Positions 47,647 through 58,656 of a stretch of 64,000 nt of DNA are shown here, piece after piece; within the stretch, counting starts at the first letter, position 1; each line of letters opens with the position of its first letter. The notes under the pieces were generated by a model. It was not told the origin of the DNA, searched no databases, and saw nothing but the letters and a program-made list of their open reading frames with translations. The DNA comes from an uncultured Erysipelotrichia bacterium (lineage in GTDB: Bacteria > Bacillota_I > Bacilli_A > CAYWJS01): NCBI GenBank assembly GCA_964458855.1, contig CAYWJS010000003.1, positions 1,957 to 65,956 of the forward strand. Reading direction: 5' to 3'. Both the position numbers and the translations under genes were made by a program.

Positions 47647-48918
47647 TTATGCTTTTGGCTTAATAATAAAACTTGTCATATTTTCTTCTTTAAATAATTT
47701 TGCAAATTCACTTATTACTTCATCATAAGTTAAATCTTTTACAATATCTATTTCTTCAAAAATATTAATTCCTGATAAATATTTTCTCGTAAAAAGATTT
47801 GCTACTGTTTCAATATTATCAAATAAAAGTAGATTTTGTGTAATCATTGCCTGTTTTTCTCGCATAAATTCTTCTTCTGTAATTTTTCTATAATTTTTTA
47901 AAATACTTTTTACATTTTTAATAAATTCTTCTGGTTTAAGAGTATTACCATCAATAATAATTACTCCTGTATCACGATTTATTAAATAGTCAAAACTAAA
48001 CGTATCATTAATTATTTCTTCTTTTAAAAGTCTCTCATAATTATCAGTACTAATAGACAATAGAGAACTTAAAACAAGATTAATAATAACTTTTTGATAA
48101 AAAGTTTTCTTTTCATCACCAAATATTTTTACTGCAACTCCCGCCATTGGAATATTTACATCCATTTCTTTTTCTTTATGCACATTTCTTACTTTGTTTG
48201 GTTCATTTATTCTTTCTCTTTTAATTTCAACATTTTCTTTTCTTAATTCTTTTTGTGACTGATTTTTTATAATTAATTTCATAATTTGTTCTGGATTAAA
48301 ATTTCCTGCCACAAAAAGCATCATATTTTGTGGATTATAAAACTTCTTATAACATTTTAAAAGCAAATCCTTATTAATTTTGTTGATTGACTCAATAGTT
48401 CCCAAAATTGGAATATGAATTGGATTATTTATATATAGATTTTCAAGCAAACCATAAAAAAGTTGTGCTTCTGGGCTATCATTATACATTTTTATTTCTT
48501 GGGCAATTATTCCTTTTTCTTTTTCTACGTTTTCATCAGTAAAATAAGGTTCTTGAACAAAGTCTAAAAGTATTTCTAAGTTTTTTTCTAAATTTTCAGT
48601 ACAAGTAAACAAATATGATGTTTGACCAAAAGATGTGAAAGCATTTGCATTTGCTCCATTTTCTGCAAAATCAAAGAAAACATCACGGTCTTTTTTTTCA
48701 AATAATTTATGTTCAAGGAAGTGAGCTATTCCTTCTGGAACTTTTATTATTTCTTCATCTTCTAAATTAAAACTATTATCTACTGAACCAAATTTTGTCG
48801 TAAAAATAGCATAAGTTGAATTAAAATTTTTCTTTGGCATTAAAAATACTTCTAAACCATTAAAAAGTTTCTCATAATATAAAGTTTCTCCTAAGTTCTT
48901 ATATTCAAGGCGCTCCAT
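47647..48918 (-). CDS. M16-family zinc peptidase, active subunit (YmfH-like)
   Basis: 423 aa; inverted zinc-binding motif HFLEH. Confidence 0.8.
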   Translation of the reverse strand: MERLEYKNLGETLYYEKLFNGLEVFLMPKKNFNSTYAIFTTKFGSVDNSFNLEDEEIIKVPEGIAHFLEHKLFEKKDRDVFFDFAENGANANAFTSFGQTSYLFTCTENLEKNLEILLDFVQEPYFTDENVEKEKGIIAQEIKMYNDSPEAQLFYGLLENLYINNPIHIPILGTIESINKINKDLLLKCYKKFYNPQNMMLFVAGNFNPEQIMKLIIKNQSQKELRKENVEIKRERINEPNKVRNVHKEKEMDVNIPMAGVAVKIFGDEKKTFYQKVIINLVLSSLLSISTDNYERLLKEEIINDTFSFDYLINRDTGVIIIDGNTLKPEEFIKNVKSILKNYRKITEEEFMREKQAMITQNLLLFDNIETVANLFTRKYLSGINIFEEIDIVKDLTYDEVISEFAKLFKEENMTSFIIKPKA

Positions 48919-50180
48919 TACGATTCACCCCCAGTTAGAAAAAAGACGGAATCCTTTATAAGTTTTTTTGCTACACCTCTTACATTCTCAAAAGTAACAT
49001 CATTTATTTTTTTAATATACTCATCTGGATTTATAAATTTATGAGCAACTGACCATCGAAAATAGTAATTAATTGGTCCTTGATATGTATCAAGACTTGA
49101 TTTTAATGAGTTAATTATTGCAAGTTTTGCTTGTTCCAATAGTTCACTTGAAAAATCACCATTTATAATTTTTTCAAGTTCTTCGTCAACTACCTCTATT
49201 ACTTTATCTTTTTTATCAGGATCAATTCCAGTATGAACAATTAAATTTCCAACTAAAGCATCGTATTTACTGTAAATACTATAACAATAAGATTTTTTTT
49301 CACGAATATTAGTAAATAATACTGAGTTAGGAATACCACCAAAAATAGCATTAAATACATTCATTGCAAAAAATTCTTCATCATCTATGTTAACATTACT
49401 ACGATAACCTATATTTAATTTTGCTTGGCTAACGTTTTGTGTCTCTGAAATTTCTTTTACTTTTTCTATTTTCTTTTTATTTTTATATATTCCTTCAAGT
49501 TCCTTTAAATTATTTTTGAATGGTAAATATTTTTTGATTAATTTTATAAATTCGGTTTCTAAAACATCTCCAATTACATAAACTTCTACACTATCATTTT
49601 TTATTACATCTTGCCAATAATCATACATTTCTTCGCCAGTAATATTTTTAATTTTTTCAATACTTTCTTTAGTTAAAAAAGGAATTTCACCTTGATACAT
49701 TATTTCATATAACCTTTGCATCGAATATTTAGTTTTATTATTATAAGTTGCTTCAATTTTTTCAATTAATAATCTTTTATTTTCATTTAATATTTCATCA
49801 CTAAATTTATTATCACTAACATTAGGATGAAATATAAATTGATTTAAAGCAGCAAAACAATTCTCATAAATATCATTTAATTTAATAAAATCGTGATGAG
49901 GTAAAGTTAAAGAGATATTAATACTATTTATAAGGCCAATGCGAGAAGAATTAATAAAAAAATCTGTGGCATTAATTTCTTTTAAATGACGCGCTAAAAG
50001 TTTGCGTAATGGATATTTTTCTGATCCACTATGAAGAAGAAAAGGTAAGAGAGAACGCTTTTCAATCTCTTTTTCAAAATTTTTCCGGTTCAAGCGGACA
50101 CTAACTGTTATGCCTTTAAATTTTGTTGTTGGGATAAAAAAAACTTTCATGCCTGAAAATTTTGTTTCTTTAATTTTCAT
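48918..50180 (-). CDS. M16-family peptidase-like protein lacking the HxxEH motif (non-catalytic partner, YmfF-like)
   Basis: 420 aa; M16 fold pattern without zinc motif; stop/start overlap with partner. Confidence 0.7.
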   Translation of the reverse strand: MKIKETKFSGMKVFFIPTTKFKGITVSVRLNRKNFEKEIEKRSLLPFLLHSGSEKYPLRKLLARHLKEINATDFFINSSRIGLINSINISLTLPHHDFIKLNDIYENCFAALNQFIFHPNVSDNKFSDEILNENKRLLIEKIEATYNNKTKYSMQRLYEIMYQGEIPFLTKESIEKIKNITGEEMYDYWQDVIKNDSVEVYVIGDVLETEFIKLIKKYLPFKNNLKELEGIYKNKKKIEKVKEISETQNVSQAKLNIGYRSNVNIDDEEFFAMNVFNAIFGGIPNSVLFTNIREKKSYCYSIYSKYDALVGNLIVHTGIDPDKKDKVIEVVDEELEKIINGDFSSELLEQAKLAIINSLKSSLDTYQGPINYYFRWSVAHKFINPDEYIKKINDVTFENVRGVAKKLIKDSVFFLTGGES

Positions 50181-50233
50181 AAAGTCACCTCATACTTATT
50201 ATAAACAAAATTGAAAAAAATAATCAAAAGGGA

Positions 50234-50935
50234 CTAAATTAGTCCCAAAGCAATTTCAATCATTTCAGTAAATCTTTTTTCACGTTCTTCACTAGTTGTT
50301 TTTTCTTTTGTTACAAGTGAATCAGAAACAGTAAGTAGACAAGCTGCTTTTTTGCCTAAGACATTTGCATTATGAAAGAGTGCAAACGACTCCATCTCAA
50401 CAGCAATACAACCATGATTTTCATAAATTTTTTTATAAGCATCTTTATCTTCCCTGTAAAATACATCTGAACAAGAAACCTTTCCTTCAATAATATTTAT
50501 TCCAAGTTCTTGTGCTTTTTCCTTTATTTTTTGATTTAATTCTAAATTTGGTTTTAGTTCGCATGATTTAACATTGTTTTGTACCAAAGCATAACTAGAT
50601 TCACTAAAAGATTCCGTAACTAAAATAACATCATATAAATTTAAAGCTTTTGTATAAGCACCACACGAACCAATTCTAATGATATTTTCTACATCATAAA
50701 ATTTAAAGAGCTCATAAGAATAAATTCCCATACTTGGAATTCCCATACCCGATGGAAAAATTGTAACTTTTTTCCCTTTATATTCACCCGTATATGCGGT
50801 CATACCTCTTACACTATTTACAAGTTTATAATTATCTAAAAAATTTTCAGCAATAAATTTTGCTCGTTTTGGATCTCCTGGCATTAATACTGTTTTTGCA
50901 ATATCTTCTTTTTTCGCCTCAATATGTGGTGTCAT
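50234..50935 (-). CDS. deoD: Purine/uridine nucleoside phosphorylase (PNP/UDP family, DeoD-like)
   Basis: ORF track to 51085 overlaps ftsK; likely start ATG 50935 (MTPHIEAKKEDIAK) after RBS GGAGGG. Confidence 0.8.
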   Translation of the reverse strand: MTPHIEAKKEDIAKTVLMPGDPKRAKFIAENFLDNYKLVNSVRGMTAYTGEYKGKKVTIFPSGMGIPSMGIYSYELFKFYDVENIIRIGSCGAYTKALNLYDVILVTESFSESSYALVQNNVKSCELKPNLELNQKIKEKAQELGINIIEGKVSCSDVFYREDKDAYKKIYENHGCIAVEMESFALFHNANVLGKKAACLLTVSDSLVTKEKTTSEEREKRFTEMIEIALGLI

Positions 50936-51020
50936 TTTATCCCTCCTAAAATTATTATAACACCTATTTAAAAAACAAAAAACCTTTAAAGTTAGTATAA
51001 ACTTTAAAGGTTTATAACTT

Positions 51021-53255
51021 TTATTCTTGTTCATTAAGTTTAACAAGAACTTCTCTTGGTTTAGACCCTCTTTTTGGTCCCACAATCCCCCGTGCTTCCA
51101 TTATATCTATTAATCTCGCTGCACGGTTATAACCTATTTTAAATCTTCGTTGAAGTCGAGAAGCACTAGCTTCTTGTTCTTCAATTACAAATTTTACTGC
51201 ATCTTCATAAAGTACATCTTCTTCATCAGCAAAATCTTTTTTTTCTTCAACTGATTCTATTTCAAGCTTCATCATATTCTCATCATACTCAACTTTTTGC
51301 TGTTTTTTTACATAATCTACTACTTGTTTGATTTCCATTTCTGAAACATAAGAACCTTGAATTCTAATAGGTACATTTTGCCCCATTGGAAGGAATAACA
51401 TATCTCCCTTACCAATTAATTTTTCAGCACCCGTCATATCAAGAATTGTTCTTGAATCAATACTACTTGAAACACTAAATGCAATACGTGATGGTATATT
51501 TGCTTTAATAAGTCCTGTAATAATATCAGCTGATGGACGTTGTGTAGCAGCAATCAAATGAATCCCTGCTGCTCGTGCCATTTGTGTAATCCGCATAATT
51601 GACTCTTCTACCTCTTTTGCTGCAACAAGCATCAAATCAGATAACTCATCAATAATTACAACAATAAATGGAAGTTTCTTTTCTCTGCCAACATAGGCAT
51701 TATAACCAGCAATATTTTTACATCCTATCTCCGCAAACAATTCATAGCGATGCTCCATTTCTTGAATAATTTTCTTAAGAGCAATGCTTGCTTTTTTAGG
51801 ATCAGTTACAACAGGCATTAAAAGATGAGGTAACCCATCGTAATAACTTAATTCAACAATTTTAGGATCGATTAATACAAATTTTAATTCATCCGGCCTT
51901 TTATGCATAAGTAGTGAAATAATTATTGAATTTATACAAATTGATTTTCCGCTTCCTGTAGCTCCCGCAACAAGAAGATGAGGCATTTTACTTAAATCTG
52001 CATGAATAGGTTGTCCTTTAATATCACGACCAAGACCAATTATTAGTTTATCTTTATCAAAATTTTCAATAGTCTCTAATACTTCTCGCAATGTTACAAT
52101 TTTATTTTTTTCGTTTGGAATTTCAATTCCAATTGTGTGTTTTCCAGGAATTGGTGCTTGAATTCTAACATCTTTTGCAGCAAGTGCAATTGCAATTTCT
52201 CGATTCAAGCTTACTACTCTGCTAACTTTAGTACCTGATGTAATTTCAAGCTCATATTGTGTTACAGTTGGTCCAACATTGGCAGCAACTACCCGTGAAT
52301 TAATACCAAAATCACGTAGTAGGCTTTCTAACTTTTCAACTACTTCTGTTATTGTTTTTTGATTAGCAATACTATCACCATCATCAACACCACGTTTTAA
52401 TATGTTTATTGGTGGTAACTGATAATCACCCATCTCTAAAAATTCATGTTTTTCTTCCAAGTCTTTTGGAGTTTCTGATATAGTTTCAGGTTGGATACTT
52501 TCTTCTTTTATTTCTACTTCTTCTTTTTGTTTCTTTAGCAAATCATCAATACTTGAAATAATGATTTGACCTTCACCTTTTTCAAATTCTTGTTCAGCTT
52601 CTTTTACCTTTTCTAAATTTTTCTTTCGTTTAGAAGATACAAAATTGTAAATTTTTTTACTTACTTTTATTATAAACTCCGTTAATGATTTACCAGTAAT
52701 CAACATAATAGCAAATATCATTAAAGCAAGGGTTACAATTTTTGCTCCTTCTTTACCTGTTGCAAAAGAAATAATTGATAAAAATATTGACCCAATCATT
52801 CCTCCCCCAACAGGAATTGTTCCAGGGCGACTTAAAGCAAGAGTTATTTGTTCCCATGTTCTACTAATTATATCAAGGTTTTCTTCACCATGATTAACAT
52901 GACTCCAAACTGTTATTGTGATAATTAAAAAATAAAAACCTATTAATTTTGAACTATAAAAATTTGGCCATGCTTTTTTTATCATTAAATAAATTCCCAA
53001 AACTATTGTTGAAAGTGGTACAATAACATACCACGAACCTACTAAAAATTGAGAAAATTTAGACAAAATATCTCCTAACCAACCAAATGGACCAAGAGCA
53101 ATTATACTAAGGAGAATTAAAATCATCCCATTTAGTTCAACATACAACTCCTTATTTTTTTTCTTCTCTTGTTTTCTTTTCTTCTTTTTAGACATAAGGA
53201 ACACCTCAATGTTATTATAACATAATAATAGATTTATTAATATGAAAAAACACAA
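51021..53255 (-). CDS. ftsK: DNA translocase FtsK/SpoIIIE
   Basis: 744 aa; N-terminal TM domain, Walker A GATGSGKS, C-terminal gamma winged helix. Confidence 0.9.
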   Translation of the reverse strand: MCFFILINLLLCYNNIEVFLMSKKKKRKQEKKKNKELYVELNGMILILLSIIALGPFGWLGDILSKFSQFLVGSWYVIVPLSTIVLGIYLMIKKAWPNFYSSKLIGFYFLIITITVWSHVNHGEENLDIISRTWEQITLALSRPGTIPVGGGMIGSIFLSIISFATGKEGAKIVTLALMIFAIMLITGKSLTEFIIKVSKKIYNFVSSKRKKNLEKVKEAEQEFEKGEGQIIISSIDDLLKKQKEEVEIKEESIQPETISETPKDLEEKHEFLEMGDYQLPPINILKRGVDDGDSIANQKTITEVVEKLESLLRDFGINSRVVAANVGPTVTQYELEITSGTKVSRVVSLNREIAIALAAKDVRIQAPIPGKHTIGIEIPNEKNKIVTLREVLETIENFDKDKLIIGLGRDIKGQPIHADLSKMPHLLVAGATGSGKSICINSIIISLLMHKRPDELKFVLIDPKIVELSYYDGLPHLLMPVVTDPKKASIALKKIIQEMEHRYELFAEIGCKNIAGYNAYVGREKKLPFIVVIIDELSDLMLVAAKEVEESIMRITQMARAAGIHLIAATQRPSADIITGLIKANIPSRIAFSVSSSIDSRTILDMTGAEKLIGKGDMLFLPMGQNVPIRIQGSYVSEMEIKQVVDYVKKQQKVEYDENMMKLEIESVEEKKDFADEEDVLYEDAVKFVIEEQEASASRLQRRFKIGYNRAARLIDIMEARGIVGPKRGSKPREVLVKLNEQE

Positions 53256-53270
53256 GATTACTCTTGTGTT

Positions 53271-54917
53271 TTATATTTCTTGGGTAATACTAATAATCAT
53301 TGGACGAGCTTTTGTTTTGTTATATAAGTAATCGCCAACAACTCTTCTGATTTCCTTTTTTGCTTCATTATAATCGATGTAGTTGTTTTTGATATTTTGT
53401 TCAATAACTTTTTTTGTTAATTTTTGTGTGTCATTAATTATCTCTTGGTTATCCTTTAAAAAAACAAAACCTTTTGTTAATACTTCTGGGCCAGATATTA
53501 TTTTCTTTGTTTTTTTATCTAAAACAACACTAATTACAACAATTCCACCGTTTGCTAAAACCTCACGATCTTTTAAAACAACATCTCCCAAGTTATCAGT
53601 ATTAATTCCATCAATTAAAACATCACCAACTGGTACTTTATCTACAATTGGCATTAGTTTCCCATCTTTAAATTCAACAACATCACCATTATCAACCAAA
53701 ATAATTTGATTCTCTTTCATTCCAAACATAAGAGCTGCTTCTTTACTTGCAACTTGGTTTCTATATTCTCCTCGAACTGGCATCAAATATTTAGGTTGAA
53801 TTAAATTTATCATCATAAGCAAATCTTCGCGTGATGCATTATATGAATTAAAATATTGTTTTGGCAATTGATAATACTTTGTCCCCTTTTTACAAATTAA
53901 GTCCATAATTGATGCCATCATTACTTCTGCACCCATTAAAACTGGATGGAACAATACAAACGCATCAGTATTTTTTAGTTTTATTAATTTATCATGATCA
54001 TGTGCAATTTTGTTAATTGTATTGAAAAGTTCAATTGAGTCATCTCCAACTAAAATAACTGCTTTATCACTATTTATATCATTAATTGAACCAAATAATT
54101 TTTTATTAAACTTTAAATATTTAAGTTCAATACTACGATCAACTAAATTTTTAAACTTTTTACCAACTATTATTAACTTACGATGGTTAAGTGCTACTTG
54201 GTTCATTACTTCTTGGATATAATAGTAATTTGTTGAAAATGTAGAAATTATAATACGCTTATTATGGGTTGCAAAAATATCTTCTAAAAATATTTCTGGA
54301 TGATCAAAAGTTCCCGCATGTGATAAGTTATCAGTTGCTGTAGAATCAGTAAGTAAACAAAGCACTTGTTGTTGTTTTCCAATATAGGCAAGCTTTCCAA
54401 TATCAGTTTGATAAGTTCCTACTGCAACTGGATTAAAAACAAAGTCTCCCGTATAAATAATATTTCCATCACTTGTATTTATTACAAACCCCAAAGCATC
54501 TGGGATTGAGTGACTAACTTGAATAGGAAAAATACTTACATCACCAAAATCTATTTTTCGGTGTGCTTTTATAACATTTAAATTAGTAGCATTAATTACT
54601 GTTTCTTCAAGTAGTAATTTTAATATTTCAATTGTTAAATTTGACCCGTAAACAGGAAGATTAGGAATTAACTCAAGTAGTTCTGGCATTGCACCAATCG
54701 CATCAAAATGACCATGAGTTAAAAAGATTCCTTTTATTTTTTCTTGATTTTTTTCAATATAAGTAAAATCAGGAATTATTTTATCGATTCCAAATTGACC
54801 TTCTGGAATTTTAAGTCCAGCATCAAAAATAAACATTTGTTTTTCGACTTCTACAACATACATATTTTTTCCTACTTCATCTAATCCACCAATAGCAAAT
54901 ATTTTTATCTTACTCAT
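53271..54917 (-). CDS. rnj: Ribonuclease J, J2-like paralogue with degenerate metallo-beta-lactamase motif (HGHFDA instead of HxHxDH)
   Basis: 548 aa; beta-lactamase/beta-CASP architecture; motif read directly. Confidence 0.85.
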   Translation of the reverse strand: MSKIKIFAIGGLDEVGKNMYVVEVEKQMFIFDAGLKIPEGQFGIDKIIPDFTYIEKNQEKIKGIFLTHGHFDAIGAMPELLELIPNLPVYGSNLTIEILKLLLEETVINATNLNVIKAHRKIDFGDVSIFPIQVSHSIPDALGFVINTSDGNIIYTGDFVFNPVAVGTYQTDIGKLAYIGKQQQVLCLLTDSTATDNLSHAGTFDHPEIFLEDIFATHNKRIIISTFSTNYYYIQEVMNQVALNHRKLIIVGKKFKNLVDRSIELKYLKFNKKLFGSINDINSDKAVILVGDDSIELFNTINKIAHDHDKLIKLKNTDAFVLFHPVLMGAEVMMASIMDLICKKGTKYYQLPKQYFNSYNASREDLLMMINLIQPKYLMPVRGEYRNQVASKEAALMFGMKENQIILVDNGDVVEFKDGKLMPIVDKVPVGDVLIDGINTDNLGDVVLKDREVLANGGIVVISVVLDKKTKKIISGPEVLTKGFVFLKDNQEIINDTQKLTKKVIEQNIKNNYIDYNEAKKEIRRVVGDYLYNKTKARPMIISITQEI

Positions 54918-55021
54918 TATCTAACCTCCTTTCTTTTTGTTTAAACCTTTTAAAATTATACCATATAATCTTAAAAAAGATAATTATTTGCTCATAAAAA
55001 AAAGCACATATTGTGCTTTTT

Positions 55022-55855
55022 TTATTTCATTGCTTTTTTTATTTTTTCCTTTAAAGAATCAGTAATATCAACTAAAGGAAGTCTAGGAACTCCAACATCA
55101 ATTCCTTTTTGGCGTAATGCAAATTTGATTGGAGCTGGATTTGGTTCAGCAAATAACAACTTAATTATTTTTGAAAGTTTATTCATCAACTTTTCATTTT
55201 CAGTCTCTATTACTTCTCTAAGTTCAGGACCAATAATATGACTTGCAACACTTACAACACCTTCTGCCCCAAGTTTTACAAAATCAAGTGTTGTAATATC
55301 ATCTCCACTATAAACGTAAAGATCAGTATGTTCAATTAATTTTTTTACTGTTTCCAAATCATTGTGGGAGTATTTCACAGCTTTTACATTTTCTAGTTTT
55401 GCAAGTTTTACTAATGTTTCATATTCAATATTTACAACTGAACGACCTGGAATATTATAAACCATTATGGGGGTTCGAACAGCGTCACTAATTTGTTTGA
55501 AATGTTCATAAATTCCTTCCTGACTTGGCTTGTTATAATAAGGGGCAACAACTAAAAATCCATCTACCCATATTTTTTCAATTTTTTTTGCAAAGTGAAC
55601 AGTTTCTTTTGTATTGTTAGTTCCTACTCCAACAATTAAAGGAATTCTTCCTTTTAAAATTTTCTTTATATATTTTACAAATTTAATTTTCTCTTTTTCA
55701 TCTAAAGTAGGAGCTTCTCCTGTTGTTCCAAGGATAACTAAACTATCAGTACCAGTATTAATTAAGTGCTCCACTAATTCTTTTGCCACCTCATAGTTAA
55801 TATCACCATTTTCTTTAAACGGAGTAACCATTGCGGTTACAAGTTTACCATACAT
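55022..55855 (-). CDS. dapA: 4-hydroxy-tetrahydrodipicolinate synthase
   Basis: 277 aa; N-terminal VTAMVTPF and GTTGE motifs. Confidence 0.85.
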   Translation of the reverse strand: MYGKLVTAMVTPFKENGDINYEVAKELVEHLINTGTDSLVILGTTGEAPTLDEKEKIKFVKYIKKILKGRIPLIVGVGTNNTKETVHFAKKIEKIWVDGFLVVAPYYNKPSQEGIYEHFKQISDAVRTPIMVYNIPGRSVVNIEYETLVKLAKLENVKAVKYSHNDLETVKKLIEHTDLYVYSGDDITTLDFVKLGAEGVVSVASHIIGPELREVIETENEKLMNKLSKIIKLLFAEPNPAPIKFALRQKGIDVGVPRLPLVDITDSLKEKIKKAMK

Positions 55856-55857
55856 AT

Positions 55858-57039
55858 TTATCCTCCTAATTTAAAGTAATCATGAATAAGATTTAAGGAT
55901 TTAGCTAAATCTTTTTTTTCTACTAATAACCAAACTGTAGTATAACTATTACTAACATTTAAAATATTGATATCATTTTTTAATAAATAAGAAATTGCTT
56001 TAATAATAAAATTGCTGTTATAGTTTGGGTTGTTATTTACAAGGGCAATTTTGGCACATTCTTTAACAAGAGATACTTTTATTTCTTTTTTTTCAAAAGT
56101 TTTATTTAAAATTTCACTATCTATATCATTAATAACAAATTTTATTTCTTTTGGTGAAAAGACTAAAAAATCTATTTCTATGTTAAATTTCGAAAGAATT
56201 TTGAAAAATTCATCCTGTTTTAGGTGAAGATTGTCTTTAAAATTAATTACTAAATATAATAGATTTTCAATTGAACCTAAACCAATTATTTTTTTCTTTT
56301 TATAATTTATATGTTTTACAACTGTTCCTGGATCATTGTTTAAAGCTGAACGAAGTTCAATTTCAATATTATGCTCTTTTGCATATTCAACTGCTTTATA
56401 ATGCACTACTTTTGCTCCTTGATATGACATATTAATAACTTCGTCGTAACCAATTGTACGAATTAGTCTTGCATCTTTTACTTCTTTTGGGTTTGCTGTC
56501 ATAAGACCTTGAACATCAGAATAAATTTTTACTCTTTTGGCACCAAATTGGTGTGCTAAAACAACTGCTGAAAAATCACTTCCTCCCCGCCCCAATGTTG
56601 TTACTTTTCCCTCTTCATCTATTCCTTGAAACCCCGGAACTACCAAAACATCATATAAATCTAAATATTTATTTAAATATTCTTTATTTACTTTTATTAT
56701 ATTTGCATTATTAAATTCACTATTTGTTGCAAACCCAAGTTCATAGGTATTAATGGCAATGCTTTTTATATTTTTATTTTTTAATTCACTTGAAAGAACT
56801 ACCGTAGAAATTGTTTCACCAACACTCATCAATAAATCCATTTCTTGCAGACTGGCATTTGGGGCAAGACGTCTTAAACTATCTGTTGCATAATAATCTG
56901 GATACCTTCCAATAGCTGAAACAACAACAATTACTTTATTGTTTTGTTTTATTAAACTTTGAATTATTTTTACAACTTTTTCTCGCATTTTTTTAGTTTT
57001 TAGACTTGTTCCACCAAACTTTATTACTTCAACATTCAT
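55858..57039 (-). CDS. lysC: Aspartate kinase
   Basis: 393 aa; N-terminal KFGGTSL motif, C-terminal ACT-like region. Confidence 0.85.
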   Translation of the reverse strand: MNVEVIKFGGTSLKTKKMREKVVKIIQSLIKQNNKVIVVVSAIGRYPDYYATDSLRRLAPNASLQEMDLLMSVGETISTVVLSSELKNKNIKSIAINTYELGFATNSEFNNANIIKVNKEYLNKYLDLYDVLVVPGFQGIDEEGKVTTLGRGGSDFSAVVLAHQFGAKRVKIYSDVQGLMTANPKEVKDARLIRTIGYDEVINMSYQGAKVVHYKAVEYAKEHNIEIELRSALNNDPGTVVKHINYKKKKIIGLGSIENLLYLVINFKDNLHLKQDEFFKILSKFNIEIDFLVFSPKEIKFVINDIDSEILNKTFEKKEIKVSLVKECAKIALVNNNPNYNSNFIIKAISYLLKNDINILNVSNSYTTVWLLVEKKDLAKSLNLIHDYFKLGG

Positions 57040-58076
57040 GATTTATTTTTTCCTTTAAGCAAATTTTTTGAAATTAAAAGTTCTGCAATTTGAACTGCAT
57101 TAAGTGCCGCGCCCTTTAACAAATTGTTAGAAACAACCCAAAGTGCGCAAGCATTATTATGCTTTAAATCCATACGAACACGTCCAACATAAACAAAAGG
57201 ACTATCTATAACATCTCTTGGTACTGGATAACTTTGTGTTTTTGGATTATCTATTAAAATTACTCCTTTGGAACTATTTATAATGCTTTTCAATTTAATT
57301 AAATCCATTGGTTTTTCAGTTTCAAGATAAATACTTTCAGAATGACCCACTTTTACAGGAACCCTTACACAAGTTGCACTAATTTCAATGCTTGGGTCTT
57401 TGAAAATTTTTTGTGTTTCATAAACCATTTTCATTTCTTCTTTGGTATAATTATTATCCAAAAATTCATCTACCTGAGGAATTACATTATAAGCAATTTT
57501 ATAGTGCTTAATGTTTGATTTAATTGGTAAAATTTTAGGTTCTGTATCACCTTCAATTTGTGATTCTAGTTCTAAAAGAGCATCTTTTCCTGCTCCACTA
57601 ACAGCTTGATAGGTAGAAACAATAATTTTTTTAATTTTATATTCTTTATGAATATTATTTAAAGCAACTACAAGTTGAATAGTAGAACAATTTGGATTTG
57701 CAATAATTCCTTGGTGGTAAACTAAATCTTCACCATTTACTTCTGGTACAATTAAAGGAACTCCTTTTTCCATGCGAAAAGCACTTGAATTATCAATTAC
57801 TAATACTCCTTTATTACGTGCATAATTTACATACTCTTTTGCAAGACTGCTTAATACCGCAAAAAAAAGAATATCAATTCCAGAAAACGAGTCTTTTGTA
57901 AGTTCTAAAACATCTATTTCTTGATCCTTAAATTTTATTTTTTTACCAAGACTTTTTTCACTTGCAAAAAGTTTTAACTTTCGTATTGGGATACTCGTTT
58001 TTTCTAAACACTTTATTATCATTTCTCCAACTAAACCTGTTGCACCAACAACTCCTATTACATAGTCTTTACTCAT
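57036..58076 (-). CDS. asd: Aspartate-semialdehyde dehydrogenase
   Basis: ORF track to 58130; likely start ATG 58076 (MSKDYVIGVVGATGLVG) after RBS AGGAG. Confidence 0.85.
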   Translation of the reverse strand: MSKDYVIGVVGATGLVGEMIIKCLEKTSIPIRKLKLFASEKSLGKKIKFKDQEIDVLELTKDSFSGIDILFFAVLSSLAKEYVNYARNKGVLVIDNSSAFRMEKGVPLIVPEVNGEDLVYHQGIIANPNCSTIQLVVALNNIHKEYKIKKIIVSTYQAVSGAGKDALLELESQIEGDTEPKILPIKSNIKHYKIAYNVIPQVDEFLDNNYTKEEMKMVYETQKIFKDPSIEISATCVRVPVKVGHSESIYLETEKPMDLIKLKSIINSSKGVILIDNPKTQSYPVPRDVIDSPFVYVGRVRMDLKHNNACALWVVSNNLLKGAALNAVQIAELLISKNLLKGKNKS

Positions 58077-58656
58077 TTTTAAACTCCTGTAAAACCGGTT
58101 GCAGTTGGCGTCCTTGTAATGCTTCTTCAATCGTTGGAATAATTAAGTCAAAATGCGATGATAAAGATTGTGGTTTAGCTTTAAAGTTGTCTTGCCCAAA
58201 AGGAACAAGATAAATATTTTTTCTATTTAGAAGTTCCATAATATTTACACCATTTGCACCAAGTCCATCATTAGTAGTAAATGCTATAACAACCGGCGAG
58301 TTATTTCTAAGGGTTGCTTTTGCTGCCATAATAACGGCACTATCAGTATGACCATGTAAAAGTTTACTAAGAGTGTTTCCCGTTGCAGGTGCAATCACAA
58401 GAATATCAAGAGGTTCAATAGAACCAAATTTTTCTGCTTCAACTATTGTACTTACTACTTCTTTTTTAGTTATTTCTTCAAGTTTTTTTACAACTTCTAT
58501 CGCTTTTTTAAATCTTGTATCGGTAGTTACTACTCTTTCACTTGCAATTGGTACTATTTCATGACCCAAATCTACTAATTTTTGAATCTCATCATAAACC
58601 TTATCAAAAGAACAATGAGATGCAGTTAGAGCAAATCCAATTTTAGACACTTTCAT
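58069..58656 (-). CDS. dpaB: Dipicolinate synthase subunit B (flavoprotein)
   Basis: ORF track starts at TTG 58680; likely start ATG 58656 after RBS GAGGGGAG; flavoprotein pattern KIGFALTASHCS. Confidence 0.8.
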   Translation of the reverse strand: MKVSKIGFALTASHCSFDKVYDEIQKLVDLGHEIVPIASERVVTTDTRFKKAIEVVKKLEEITKKEVVSTIVEAEKFGSIEPLDILVIAPATGNTLSKLLHGHTDSAVIMAAKATLRNNSPVVIAFTTNDGLGANGVNIMELLNRKNIYLVPFGQDNFKAKPQSLSSHFDLIIPTIEEALQGRQLQPVLQEFKNE

